A DNA stretch of 62,959 nt, filler included. It is 7 parts of 7 records of this genome, joined end to end, with 100 filler letters (N's around TTAATTAATTAA, not from the genome) between each part and the next. Parts side by side here need not be neighbours in the genome. Positions count along the whole stretch, not along the records: positions 1 to 16,198 come from SRR7504441_455; positions 16,299 to 23,663 come from SRR7504441_460; 5 more parts are not named here. The stretch is one strand, 5' to 3'. Each line of letters starts with the position of its first letter. Position 1 is the first letter of the stretch. The translations under genes and the position numbers were made by a program. Below are positions 10,319 to 19,561 of this stretch, one piece after another. The notes under the pieces are model-generated. The model made no database searches. It was not told the origin of the DNA and worked only from the letters and a program-made list of their open reading frames with translations.

Positions 10319-11839
10319 ATGACGATCGTGGAGTCACCCGCGACCCTGCCGTGCGGCCTGCGGCTCAAGAACCGGATCGCCAAGGCCGCAATGACCGAGA
10401 ACCTGGCGGACAGCCACAGCCGGGCCACTGACCGCCACTGCAGCCTCTACCGGGCCTGGGCTCACGGCGGGGCTGGGCTGCTGGTCACTGGCAACGTCCA
10501 AATCGACCGTCGATACCTCGAGCGGCCGGGCAACCTATGCATCGACGGCCCGCAGGACGCGGCCGCCACCGCAGCGCTCGCCGCACTGGCCGCGGCCGCC
10601 TCGGCGTGCGGAACCCACTGCATGGTGCAACTGTCGCATGCGGGCAGGCAGAGCACCGCAAAGACCAACTCCAGTCCGGTCGGGCCGTCCGCGGTGTCAC
10701 TCGAAGGGATCCCCACCCTGTTCATCGGGCAGCCGCGAGCGCTAACCCCCGAGGAGCTCTCCAGCATCCCGGGCCGGTTCGCGACGGCAGCACGGGTGTG
10801 CGAGCAAGCGGGCTTCTGCGGGGTACAAGTACACGCGGCGCATGGGTACCTGCTGTCCAGTTTTCTCAACCCCAGGGCCAACCGCCGGGCCGACGGGTAC
10901 GGAGGCCCGCTCGAGCACCGGGCCCGGCTGCTGTTGGAGGTGGTGAGAGCCGTGAGGGCCGCTGTGAGCAGCCGGTTTGCTGTGTCTGTTAAGCTTAACT
11001 CGGCCGACTTTCAAAAGGGCGGGTTTGGGCACGGCGAGGCGGTGGAGGTTGCGTGCATGCTGGCCCGGGAGCACGTGGACCTGCTCGAGCTGAGCGGAGG
11101 CAACTATGAGAGTCCGACTATTATAGGAAGCAAAGCAAGCGTGGCCAATCCCGAGGGAGTGGCGGTTGATCGGGAGCAATACCGGGCCATCCAGGAGTCC
11201 ACCCAGCTGCGCGAGGCGTACTATCTGCTCTACTGCCGCGACGTACGCAGCGGACTCAAAGCGCAGGCCGAGCAGCTGGGAATCCCGGAGCAGGAGCAGA
11301 TGAGGCTGATGCTCACTGGCGGGTTCCGATCGAGGTCTTGCATGGAAGCGGCCTTGGCAGATGGCGATTTGGACATCGTCGGAGTGGGCAGGCCGTTGTG
11401 CGGCAGCCCTCACTGCGTGGATCAGCTGTTGAGTGGCCAGATTGATGAGCTGCCTCAATTCGAAGACAGGCTGTGCCCTGGCGGCGCGGGCGCATTGGGT
11501 CGGTGCTGGCGGTGGCTTATGGCCAGCTTCAGGCTGGGCCGGCTCGTGCTATTTGCGGCCACACAACAGTGGTACTACGTCAATATTTATAATATTGCGG
11601 ATCAGAAACTGGCGGGTGTGGGTAACATGGAACAGCTAGGGTGTATGGCGGCACTGCTTTGGAATGAGCGAGAAGAGGCCAAGTTGGCTGGGCGACTTGA
11701 AGGGGTCGATTGTACTGGCGTGTTCTATGGTGGATTGCCTAGCAAACACAAGCAAAGCATCTTCGCTGTCACAAAGCTCAGCTTAGGCGTCTTGGCCATT
11801 GGCTTGATATTAATGGCTATTATAGTGCTGACCTGGTAG
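10319..11839 (+). CDS. NADH:flavin oxidoreductase (old yellow enzyme family) with a C-terminal membrane anchor
   Basis: LKNRIAKAAMTE, VQLSHAGRQ, GVQVHAAHGYLLSSFL, VKLNSADFQKGG, MLTGGFRS and VGRP. Hydrophobic C-terminus. Start placed at 10319, directly after the promoter motif pair. Confidence 0.9.
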   Translation: MTIVESPATLPCGLRLKNRIAKAAMTENLADSHSRATDRHCSLYRAWAHGGAGLLVTGNVQIDRRYLERPGNLCIDGPQDAAATAALAALAAAASACGTHCMVQLSHAGRQSTAKTNSSPVGPSAVSLEGIPTLFIGQPRALTPEELSSIPGRFATAARVCEQAGFCGVQVHAAHGYLLSSFLNPRANRRADGYGGPLEHRARLLLEVVRAVRAAVSSRFAVSVKLNSADFQKGGFGHGEAVEVACMLAREHVDLLELSGGNYESPTIIGSKASVANPEGVAVDREQYRAIQESTQLREAYYLLYCRDVRSGLKAQAEQLGIPEQEQMRLMLTGGFRSRSCMEAALADGDLDIVGVGRPLCGSPHCVDQLLSGQIDELPQFEDRLCPGGAGALGRCWRWLMASFRLGRLVLFAATQQWYYVNIYNIADQKLAGVGNMEQLGCMAALLWNEREEAKLAGRLEGVDCTGVFYGGLPSKHKQSIFAVTKLSLGVLAIGLILMAIIVLTW

Positions 11840-11918
11840 CTAAACGTAGAATAGTATCGCATGCATCTTAATAAAGTAGAATCACGGCTGATTACATGTA
11901 AACCTTGAAGTCGCATGC

Positions 11919-11968
11919 ATGATCGAACGATCGGCTCCCGAGTCAAAAAAAAAATGATCGAACGATCG
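11919..11968 (+). mobile_element. 15-bp direct repeat flanking a 20-bp A-tailed insert (non-LTR retrotransposition footprint candidate)
   Basis: ATGATCGAACGATCG occurs at 11919-11933 and 11954-11968, around GCTCCCGAGTC plus an A-run. Confidence 0.45.
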
Positions 11969-12011
11969 ACAATTACATGTCCCCTCCGTTGCTACCTGGT
12001 AGAGCGAGGGG

Positions 12012-13148
12012 ATGTGGCTGCTCCCACTGCTACTGCCGGTTGCCCCGACCAGCGGCCGGCTTCTCGCCCCATGCTGGCTAGCCCGCGACGCGCCCGACTG
12101 CTACAGCGCCCTCGGGGTGTCGCGGACGTCCGGGCCTGGGGAGATCAAGCGTGCCTTTCGAAGACTGGCCCTCCGGTATCATCCAGACCGGCACCATGAC
12201 CCTGCCGCCAAACGCGAGATGGCAGCAAGATTCGTGCAGCTAGCCACAGCGTACGAGACAGTTGGCGATCCGGGGGCGAGAGGCCGGTACGACCCGGGCT
12301 GGATGTTTTACCGTGCAGCCCGGACCGGCAAGCTGTCTGAGGCCGGAGACTCGGCCGGCCGCTACGCCGCCATGCTACTGTCCGAGTTGCTGTTTTGGGG
12401 TAGGCGCGGGCTGGTGACCCTGCTCCCTACCGGGCAGCAGGCCGGCCCTAGCGCAGCAGAGGCGATCTCAGACACGCTGTTTACTCGGGCCATATTCGGT
12501 GTAATCACACCTCTAGTGGTCGGCGAATTTGCGCGCCGCGAGTGGCGCTGGTGGATGGCCCAGTGGCGGAGAGAGGTTGGCCGCCGACGATGGCTCGAGC
12601 GAGTGGTGCGCGCGACTCCGCTCCATCCGCCCACTGGCAGAGCCGTACATGGGCCGATCTGGCGCTGCTGGGTGCTCGTTTTTCACCACGTGTTCGCCCG
12701 CTGCATGATGGTATGCTCTATGGTGCCCACAGTGCTTGCGTGCCAAGTGTTGCTAGGGTTCGACATATTCGATGAGGGAGCCCAACCTGGGCTGTGTCAT
12801 GTTGTCACTGTCCTCATCGCTGTTGGTTGGACGGAGTGGTTTCTTCATCAAATGCGCCTGCTAGCGGGCGCACCCTCCTTTGCGGAGTGGGCCGTGTCGG
12901 GGTTTGTTCCCAGAAGTATGGCCTCTCTGAGCTGGCTGGCGACGGTGCCAGTGGCGGCTGTATTGCTCGGCCTCACGATCGTGCTCTGCTTAGTGGCGGT
13001 GCGAAGGGTTCTAGTGGCGGGCGCGAGTGGCCTGAAAGCATCTGAGGAAAGACTGGCGTTAAGTCTCGCGCGCCTTGAAACTAGTGATAGCAAACAAGGA
13101 GCATATCCCTTGAGGACAGTGTGCGACCCTCCTTATCGCGGTCTTTAA
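12012..13148 (+). CDS. DnaJ (type III J-domain) membrane protein
   Basis: Signal-like N-terminus, DCYSALGV...IKRAFRRLALRYHPD...AYETVGDP, followed by several hydrophobic segments. Confidence 0.85.
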   Translation: MWLLPLLLPVAPTSGRLLAPCWLARDAPDCYSALGVSRTSGPGEIKRAFRRLALRYHPDRHHDPAAKREMAARFVQLATAYETVGDPGARGRYDPGWMFYRAARTGKLSEAGDSAGRYAAMLLSELLFWGRRGLVTLLPTGQQAGPSAAEAISDTLFTRAIFGVITPLVVGEFARREWRWWMAQWRREVGRRRWLERVVRATPLHPPTGRAVHGPIWRCWVLVFHHVFARCMMVCSMVPTVLACQVLLGFDIFDEGAQPGLCHVVTVLIAVGWTEWFLHQMRLLAGAPSFAEWAVSGFVPRSMASLSWLATVPVAAVLLGLTIVLCLVAVRRVLVAGASGLKASEERLALSLARLETSDSKQGAYPLRTVCDPPYRGL

Positions 13149-13323
13149 CTCACCCTCGGGAACTGCACTAAAGCAGAGTAGGGATGGACGGTCGATGCAT
13201 CACCACCTGGGCGTTCATCTCAGCTTTTAATATTTAGATTCAATTCCGCCGTCCAATACTACTACTACTTATGTACTTATCATTATACAATGTCATGTCA
13301 TGACATAATCATACACGAGTTCG

Positions 13324-14214
13324 CTATAATTCATTTCGGGCGTCAAACCCCGACTCCTGGGAACTAGCTTGATCGCTGCGAGCAAACTCGGCATGAATGT
13401 CCTGGCGGCGCCAGTTCTGCAGCGCCTTGAGCAGCTCGTATGACCCCAATCGATTACCACGATCGCTACACACGGCCCGCAAGTTGGCCATGTCATCCGC
13501 CTCTGCCCAGCGAGCAAAGCTGGCAAGCTGCCCCTCCCCGTGCAACGCCGGAGCCTGACCAAACCGGTTCCTGAGCTGGCGCAGGCTAAATATCCCGGCG
13601 CGCCCGGCGCCTGCCAGTGTCACCATCAAATCCTCGAGCAGCTGCTCAGCCTCCGAATGGACTCTTGCGGCCACGGAACGGGCTCGAGCTATTTGCGGCC
13701 GGGCCGGCAGTGCTGCCGCTGCGTCACCGCCCGGCCGCCCCCCGGCCAGAATCCCCCGCCGACCGACCTGCAGCTTTCCCGGTTGGTGCACACTCTGCAG
13801 GCCCTCCTGCAGCTTGCCCGGTTTAGCCACGCCCTGCACAGCCTGTGGCTCGGGCGGCCGGAGGCTGGTGAGCTGCTTGGCCCGTTTCTCGGCCGCGGCC
13901 CCAAACTGGGCGATCGCCTTGTGCAGCCTGACAGTTCTGTTCCACCCTCCCATCCTGGCAGTGTTGGCTGATGCGGCCGCCAGGAGCGCTGCCGGGTCGT
14001 CGGGCGTGGGCGGCGGGGGCAGCCGCCGGTGGATGGTCGGGAGCAGCCGGGGCCTGCGGGCGGGCGGGGCTGGCGGGAGCCGGGGCTTGGTCGGCCGGGG
14101 GAACTGGGGCGGCTTGCGCACCCGGGCTGCAGGATTGAGCCGGGGCGGCAGCCAGAGCTTGCTCCGCTTGGCCCCGCCGAAGCGAGTCAGCGGTGCCAAG
14201 GGCGGCGAGGCCAT
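13324..14214 (-). CDS. Hypothetical Pro/Arg-rich protein
   Basis: Long ORF with ATG 14214 head-to-head with the MBL gene across a motif-bearing 93-bp gap. No recognisable domain. Confidence 0.5.
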   Translation of the reverse strand: MASPPLAPLTRFGGAKRSKLWLPPRLNPAARVRKPPQFPRPTKPRLPPAPPARRPRLLPTIHRRLPPPPTPDDPAALLAAASANTARMGGWNRTVRLHKAIAQFGAAAEKRAKQLTSLRPPEPQAVQGVAKPGKLQEGLQSVHQPGKLQVGRRGILAGGRPGGDAAAALPARPQIARARSVAARVHSEAEQLLEDLMVTLAGAGRAGIFSLRQLRNRFGQAPALHGEGQLASFARWAEADDMANLRAVCSDRGNRLGSYELLKALQNWRRQDIHAEFARSDQASSQESGFDARNEL

Positions 14215-14307
14215 CCCCACCCCGCAGCACGCGGGCACCGCCACGGGGGGTCCCAGAAAAGCTCTTCCGTTATAACTCCCGCTGGAGGTGCCCGGCCTGG
14301 GAGCAGT

Positions 14308-15252
14308 ATGGTCCGGCTGGAGGTGCCCGGGTTGGACGAGCTGGAGGTGCACCAGCTGCTGGTGGGCAGAGATGTCGGGACCGATTCTTCAGGAGACCCG
14401 ACCAAGGGGCTCGTCTTCCAGTTCGCCGGGCAGATGGCCAATTACGTCTACCTCATCCTGGATCGGGCCAGCAACACCGCCACCGCCGTCGACCCGTGCT
14501 GGGACGTGGATGGGATTGCCCAGTGCGCCGAGGCATTGGGGGTCCGGATAGCCCGCGCCGTGTTCACCCATCGGCACTTTGACCACACTGGGGGCACCGT
14601 GCCGCGTCAGATGACCGGCGGGCTGCCCATCAAGCTGGACGGGCTGCACAGCATGCTCGACCGGGGCGCTGAGGTGGCAGTCGGACAGCAGGACCGCGAG
14701 GCCACCGCCCGGCAGTCCGGGGTGTCAATAGAGCGGATTTCCGCGCTCTGTGATGGGGACAGAATACCGATCGGGCCGGCAGAGCTGCGGGTATACTCTA
14801 CCCCTGGCCACACCCCCGGCTCGGTGTGCTTCCATCTGTGCGGGCCACACGCGGCCGGTGTTCTGTTCAGTGGCGATACGCTTTTTATCGGCTCGTGTGG
14901 CCGGGCCGATCTGCCTGAGAGCTCCCCGGCTGACTTGTTGGGCTCTCTCAAGAGGCTGAGCCAGCTGCCCGAAGCAGTGATGGTGCTCCCGGGCCACAAT
15001 TACGCCGCCCCGGCGCACTCGACGATTGGGGCGGAGAAGCAGTCCAACTCGGTGATGATGCAGGCCTGCAGCAGGGCTGGGGCGGTCCAACCGCTGCCTG
15101 CGAGCTCGGCTGTTCAATGGCTAGCGCTGCCGGATTACCTCGGCGCTTGCAAGCGAGTGCTAGAGAAGCAGGCGCAGGCAGGCGAGGTGCACAACTGCTA
15201 TGAGCAGCTCGAAGCGTTCTTCCGGCAGCATGCAGGGGCGCCGAAGCTGTAG
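14308..15252 (+). CDS. Metallo-beta-lactamase-fold hydrolase (glyoxalase II-like)
   Basis: NYVYLI, THRHFDH (HxHxDH), TPGHTPGS, FSGDTLFIGSCGR and VLPGHNY. Confidence 0.9.
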   Translation: MVRLEVPGLDELEVHQLLVGRDVGTDSSGDPTKGLVFQFAGQMANYVYLILDRASNTATAVDPCWDVDGIAQCAEALGVRIARAVFTHRHFDHTGGTVPRQMTGGLPIKLDGLHSMLDRGAEVAVGQQDREATARQSGVSIERISALCDGDRIPIGPAELRVYSTPGHTPGSVCFHLCGPHAAGVLFSGDTLFIGSCGRADLPESSPADLLGSLKRLSQLPEAVMVLPGHNYAAPAHSTIGAEKQSNSVMMQACSRAGAVQPLPASSAVQWLALPDYLGACKRVLEKQAQAGEVHNCYEQLEAFFRQHAGAPKL

Positions 15253-15354
15253 GATGCGGTCAGATATGAACCAAGTACGTAGTAAGGCATGCCCTATGCA
15301 TGGCCTTAGCATTCACTTGCAATGAACCAATTGAAGCCGTCATTAAGCTACGCG

Positions 15355-16132
15355 TTAGGACTTTATTAAGAAGGTGCCAACTACTACTAAAGTCCACAAA
15401 TGCAATGGCAAATGCAAGCTGCTATGCAAGGCAACGAACATTCGAATCTGAGTACTTGTGATAACTGCGATTTCAAACACGGACGCGACCACACAAAGAA
15501 ACCCCGTCGCCAGCGCAATCTCTAACAGCATCCACGGCCCCGCCTGCGGCTCTAGACTGCTGGACGCAACCAATTGTAGCGCGGAGGTGACAAAGGACCC
15601 CCAGAGTCCCGCCACAACGAACCAAACCGTGACCTTGGCCACCTCTCTCCAGCTCCTTGGCTGCACCGCGCGGCTATGCCAGCGGCAGCCTTGGCTCGCA
15701 CCTCCCAGTAACTGCTGCCATAGTCGGCGAGCACCTCGTCTCCCTGGGCTATCGGCTTCAGGGCGACTACTTTAGCGTGGTCAGTGTAGGCCACGAATTG
15801 CACATTCGGGCTGCGGCTGTGGTTGATGAAGCTATCGCCATCCCGCCGTGAACGCCCGGCTTGGGCATGGCGCACCGGGCTTGACAGTCGGGGTGTGGCT
15901 TGGCGTCGATGTATCTGCCCGGGGCCACACAGAGCGCGTAGGCGCAGTCGGGCCGCTGAGAGAGCTCCGCCTCGGTGATCAGGTCGCCTCCCCCTTCACA
16001 TGAGGCTGCCAGTGCCGACGGCGAGGCACCATGGTACGTGCAAGGCAGCTCCTCCCCCTCTGCAAAACGTCGGCACGCGAACAGCCCGTCGCCCGCCACG
16101 CGCGAGCTCCGGACCTGCACTGACGTCTCCAT
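15355..16132 (-). CDS. SET-domain protein with C-terminal transmembrane helices; 2-3 short introns
   Basis: SSRVAGDGLFA, ARFINHSRSPN (after a 44-nt intron) and GDEVLADYGSSYW. A 41-nt intron joins the hydrophobic 15355-15666 exon. Confidence 0.75.
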
Positions 16133-16198
16133 ATTTTGCCGTTGGGAGTCCCGACAGCACCATGCAGCACGCGGCGAAATGACGCTCCCCGGAGAGGA

Positions 16199-16298
16199 NN
16201 NNNNNNNNNNNNNNNNNNNNNNNNNNNNNNNNNNNNNNNNNNTTAATTAATTAANNNNNNNNNNNNNNNNNNNNNNNNNNNNNNNNNNNNNNNNNNNN
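16199..16298. other. Artificial assembly linker (N-run + TTAATTAATTAA + N-run)
   Basis: 100-bp six-frame-stop spacer. Identical spacers at 23664-23763, 29957-30056, 34967-35066, 40331-40430 and 53343-53442. Confidence 0.97.
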
Positions 16299-16484
16299 GG
16301 CTAGGTGATTTAAGGTAGATTTGAAATAAAAAAATAATATATTAAGTAAAAAAAAATAAATAAATAAATAGCTACATTAAAAATGGTTGTCTAAAGTCAT
16401 TCATGGCATCATGGTCCAAACCGGACCAACAAAGCTAGCTACCTCAAAGCTCTCGCCACATCTCTACCACATCTCATCACGTCA

Positions 16485-17801
16485 TCAGTCCACCTCGTCC
16501 TGCAAGAACCTCGTCATGAAGTTGATAATTCGACTCATCCCATGCTGCTGGTTGACCGCCGTCGGGGCCGCCTCTTGCACCCAATCCTTCAGCTTGCGGG
16601 CAAGCAACTGACTCAGCGACCCGCCAAGCTCGAGCACCTCAACTAGGCGACTTGCCATCTCGGTGAGAGTTTGGATCGGCATTTCCCACAGGTCCAGTGA
16701 GTCCACGGTCGCCACCATCTCCTTCAACCGGTCGGCCGCCGTCTCCGACTGCTGCAGGAATGCCCGCACCAGCCGGGTGTAACCATGCATGTATTGTTTG
16801 TCTAGCTCACAAGCCCTTTGTGCATCCTCCTGAGCCTGCTCCGCGTCTCCCAGCGCGAGGTAACATGCAGACCTGTTCGCCAGGAGCAACGCCGACAGAA
16901 GCTCCATCCCCACCCCCGCCGCCATCTCCAGCGCCTGGTTGTACACGGGCAGCGCCTCGGCCGGCCGGCCAGCCATCATGTAAATATTCGCCGCATACTT
17001 TTTGAGCTTAACCGCCTTCGCCTGATCGCTCACATCTTCCTCAAAGTCCAGCCAGCCGGCGTCCCGCACCCTCTGCGCGCCCTGCAGCAGCCCCGGGTTG
17101 TCCGGCTCGATGGCCAGCCCCAATTGGAAGCTGAACATGGCCTCTTCGAGCATCTTCAGTTCATGCAGTGCAGCGCCCTGCCGCGAATAGCCTTTCACAA
17201 ACTCCGGCTGGAGCTCGACGCAGGCCAGCGCGTCCACCAGTGCCCCCCGCTTGTGCGTCCGCACCGTGCGCGACCACTCGAGCCCCTTGACCTGACTGGT
17301 GGCGTCTCGCAACGCCCGGTCGGCTTCGCAGGGGCTGTACTCGTGGCACACTCCCAGCCGGGCGGCCGACCGGTTGCTGCCGGCAGTCAGTGCCGCCCCG
17401 GGCCCGGGCGCACCTGTACAGCACATGCCAGGTCGACCGGATATCAATCGCCTGCGAGTATTTCTCCACTGCCCGCTCTGGCCCGGCCCGGTCACCCGGT
17501 GCTCCCAGGGCCGCCCACCGTACTGCCGGGTCTTAAAGTAGTGGTCGCCCTCGCCTTTGAGCCGGTCCAGCTTGGTGTCTCCGTCAATCCAGCCCAGCGC
17601 CGTGGTGAGCAGCCCGCGTTCCTCCACCGGTCTGCTCGGGGCCAGCGGAGCCGCCTCCGGGGCGCCCTTGTCGTCCACGGAGATCACCGTGGCCGCCGAC
17701 GGGTTGGAGCCCCGGCACTCCTTCCGGTGCTTCCGCCGGAGCGCCGGGGCCGTCGGCAGAGGCTGGCCGCAGTCCGGGCAGTCGTACACCGGGAGCGGCA
17801 T
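16485..17801 (-). CDS. TPR co-chaperone-like (STI1/HOP-type TPRs) protein with an N-terminal Zn-finger-like motif; 2 introns
   Basis: CPDC..H...C at the N-terminus; LKGEGDHYF, SNRSAA, KGYSRQGAAL and ANRSACYL TPR motifs. GT-AG introns of 41 and 37 nt flank the exon AVEKYSQAIDIRSTWHVLYS. Confidence 0.8.
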   Translation of the reverse strand: MPLPVYDCPDCGQPLPTAPALRRKHRKECRGSNPSAATVISVDDKGAPEAAPLAPSRPVEERGLLTTALGWIDGDTKLDRLKGEGDHYFKTRQYGGRPWEHRVTGPGQSGQWRNTRRRLISGRPGMCCTGAPGPGAALTAGSNRSAARLGVCHEYSPCEADRALRDATSQVKGLEWSRTVRTHKRGALVDALACVELQPEFVKGYSRQGAALHELKMLEEAMFSFQLGLAIEPDNPGLLQGAQRVRDAGWLDFEEDVSDQAKAVKLKKYAANIYMMAGRPAEALPVYNQALEMAAGVGMELLSALLLANRSACYLALGDAEQAQEDAQRACELDKQYMHGYTRLVRAFLQQSETAADRLKEMVATVDSLDLWEMPIQTLTEMASRLVEVLELGGSLSQLLARKLKDWVQEAAPTAVNQQHGMSRIINFMTRFLQDEVD

Positions 17802-17934
17802 CCGAAGGAAGCCGTGTGGTGCGCTAGCGTGCCGCGGTGGCGATGATGGAAAGTCCGTTGCTCGGGGGGCAACCGGGCAAGGCGCCGAGGCGGCTCCGCA
17901 GGCCCCGCGCAGACCGGCAGAGGAGTGGTGAGCG

Positions 17935-19341
17935 ATGGAGTGGAAGCGGGTGCTTGAGTCGCTGGACGCGGAAGACGCCCGGCGGCTGCTCAAGCTAGTC
18001 CGGGCGCGGCTGAAGCGAGACCGCGAGGCCAAACTGGACGCGATGCTGGACGAGCTTTACGTCGAGGAACCCGCCACTGCAGTGGCCTCCGGTCCGCGGC
18101 GGCTTGTTCAGGAGCATACAGAATCGGGGGTTCTGCGGCAGCTGCATGGTCTGGCTAAGACCGAGGACCGTCGGGCGTTGCTGCGAGTGGCCAACGCTCG
18201 GCTGGAGCAATTGGCGGGGTACGAGTCCAAGCGAGACCCATTGGAAGATCCAGTGGACGCGGTGCTGGCCGCAGGGTGGGCGCAGAGCAGCCTGGACTCG
18301 GCCTTGGAGGAGTTCAGGGGAGAGAAGCGCCTGAAGAAGGCATTTTGGGCTGTGACTAAGGGGATCAGGCCGAGCGTGCACACCGAGTTCTTCGACCCTG
18401 CATACTGGGAGAAACTGAGTGATGGGGCCCTGCTGGTGGCAGGAGCTGTGAACTCTGTAGGGGTCAACACGTTGCCAGAAGCCACAGCTGCAGGCGTCAG
18501 GTGCCACGTCGGATCTCACGGTTATTTTCGGCACCAGTCGCCCCTGTGCTGGGACTGCTCACCCAAGGTCCAACTTGATGCAATTAAAAGCACGCTGCAG
18601 CGCCTGGTTGCTGCTGGGTGGCCTCCCAGTTTCATATTCGTTTACCACGAGCCGTGGCGTTTACTTGAGCGACTTTGGCCGTATGCTCGTGCAGTGCTCG
18701 GAGAAGACTGTGTGCTGGAGCCATCCTCTTTCGCCTGGGTGCTGAGGCAGCAAGAGTCGGGCACCTTCCGCAAGTATGTCGGGGGCAACTTTGGGCTTCC
18801 TCATAGGGACTATCCGGCTGCTGAAAGCTGCCGAGATGACGGCTCCGTGCAAGCGCTGTCACTTTGGGTGCCGCTCACCTACACTGATGAACACAACGGA
18901 TGCATGATGGCGGTGCCGTGGGAGCGAGACGGCTTGGTGCATGATACAGATCACGCTGATCACATGCGAGCAGCGGTCAGCTCGATGGTGGGCACACAAA
19001 GTATTAGCTTCCCCGTCGATGCAGCTACACCACTGCGGGGTGCACCCGGGGATATCATGGGCTGGGCTGGTAACACTGTGCACTGGGGGAGTCGATGCTC
19101 CATGTATGCAAGTCAGCCAAGAATTTCACTGGCTACTGCATTTCGCACAGCGTCGTCCGCAGCTAAGGGGAATCCAAATTGGGCTCTTCCCCCAATACAG
19201 CAACATCAGGTTCTTCAACTGAGCTTTGAGCAACGACTCGAGTATATTGCGCACTCGACGCTATTGTACACGAGTTGGTTCAACCTTTCTAAAAACACAT
19301 GTCCCTCAGTCTTCTGGGATGCGTTTTCATCGGAGGAGTAG
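17935..19341 (+). CDS. PhyH-like 2-oxoglutarate/Fe(II) dioxygenase
   Basis: LPHRD (HxD), LSLWVPL, NGCMMAVP, VHWGS and PRISL. Intronless. Confidence 0.8.
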   Translation: MEWKRVLESLDAEDARRLLKLVRARLKRDREAKLDAMLDELYVEEPATAVASGPRRLVQEHTESGVLRQLHGLAKTEDRRALLRVANARLEQLAGYESKRDPLEDPVDAVLAAGWAQSSLDSALEEFRGEKRLKKAFWAVTKGIRPSVHTEFFDPAYWEKLSDGALLVAGAVNSVGVNTLPEATAAGVRCHVGSHGYFRHQSPLCWDCSPKVQLDAIKSTLQRLVAAGWPPSFIFVYHEPWRLLERLWPYARAVLGEDCVLEPSSFAWVLRQQESGTFRKYVGGNFGLPHRDYPAAESCRDDGSVQALSLWVPLTYTDEHNGCMMAVPWERDGLVHDTDHADHMRAAVSSMVGTQSISFPVDAATPLRGAPGDIMGWAGNTVHWGSRCSMYASQPRISLATAFRTASSAAKGNPNWALPPIQQHQVLQLSFEQRLEYIAHSTLLYTSWFNLSKNTCPSVFWDAFSSEE

Positions 19342-19561
19342 GATTAGAGTAGGATGTAAGTAGGATGGTGTCGATGCAGCATTGATTAACGCAACAACAA
19401 GTGCAATCCTCGTAATTGAGCTAAATTCCAATTACACTGGCCAGTAGTTATAAGTGTACAAAGGGAGCGTCAGCTCGCCCGTCTTTGTATAAGTGTATAC
19501 AATGTTCAGAAAAATTGTTACATATTAAGAATCTACTCAGAAATCACCAGGCACACAGTCA

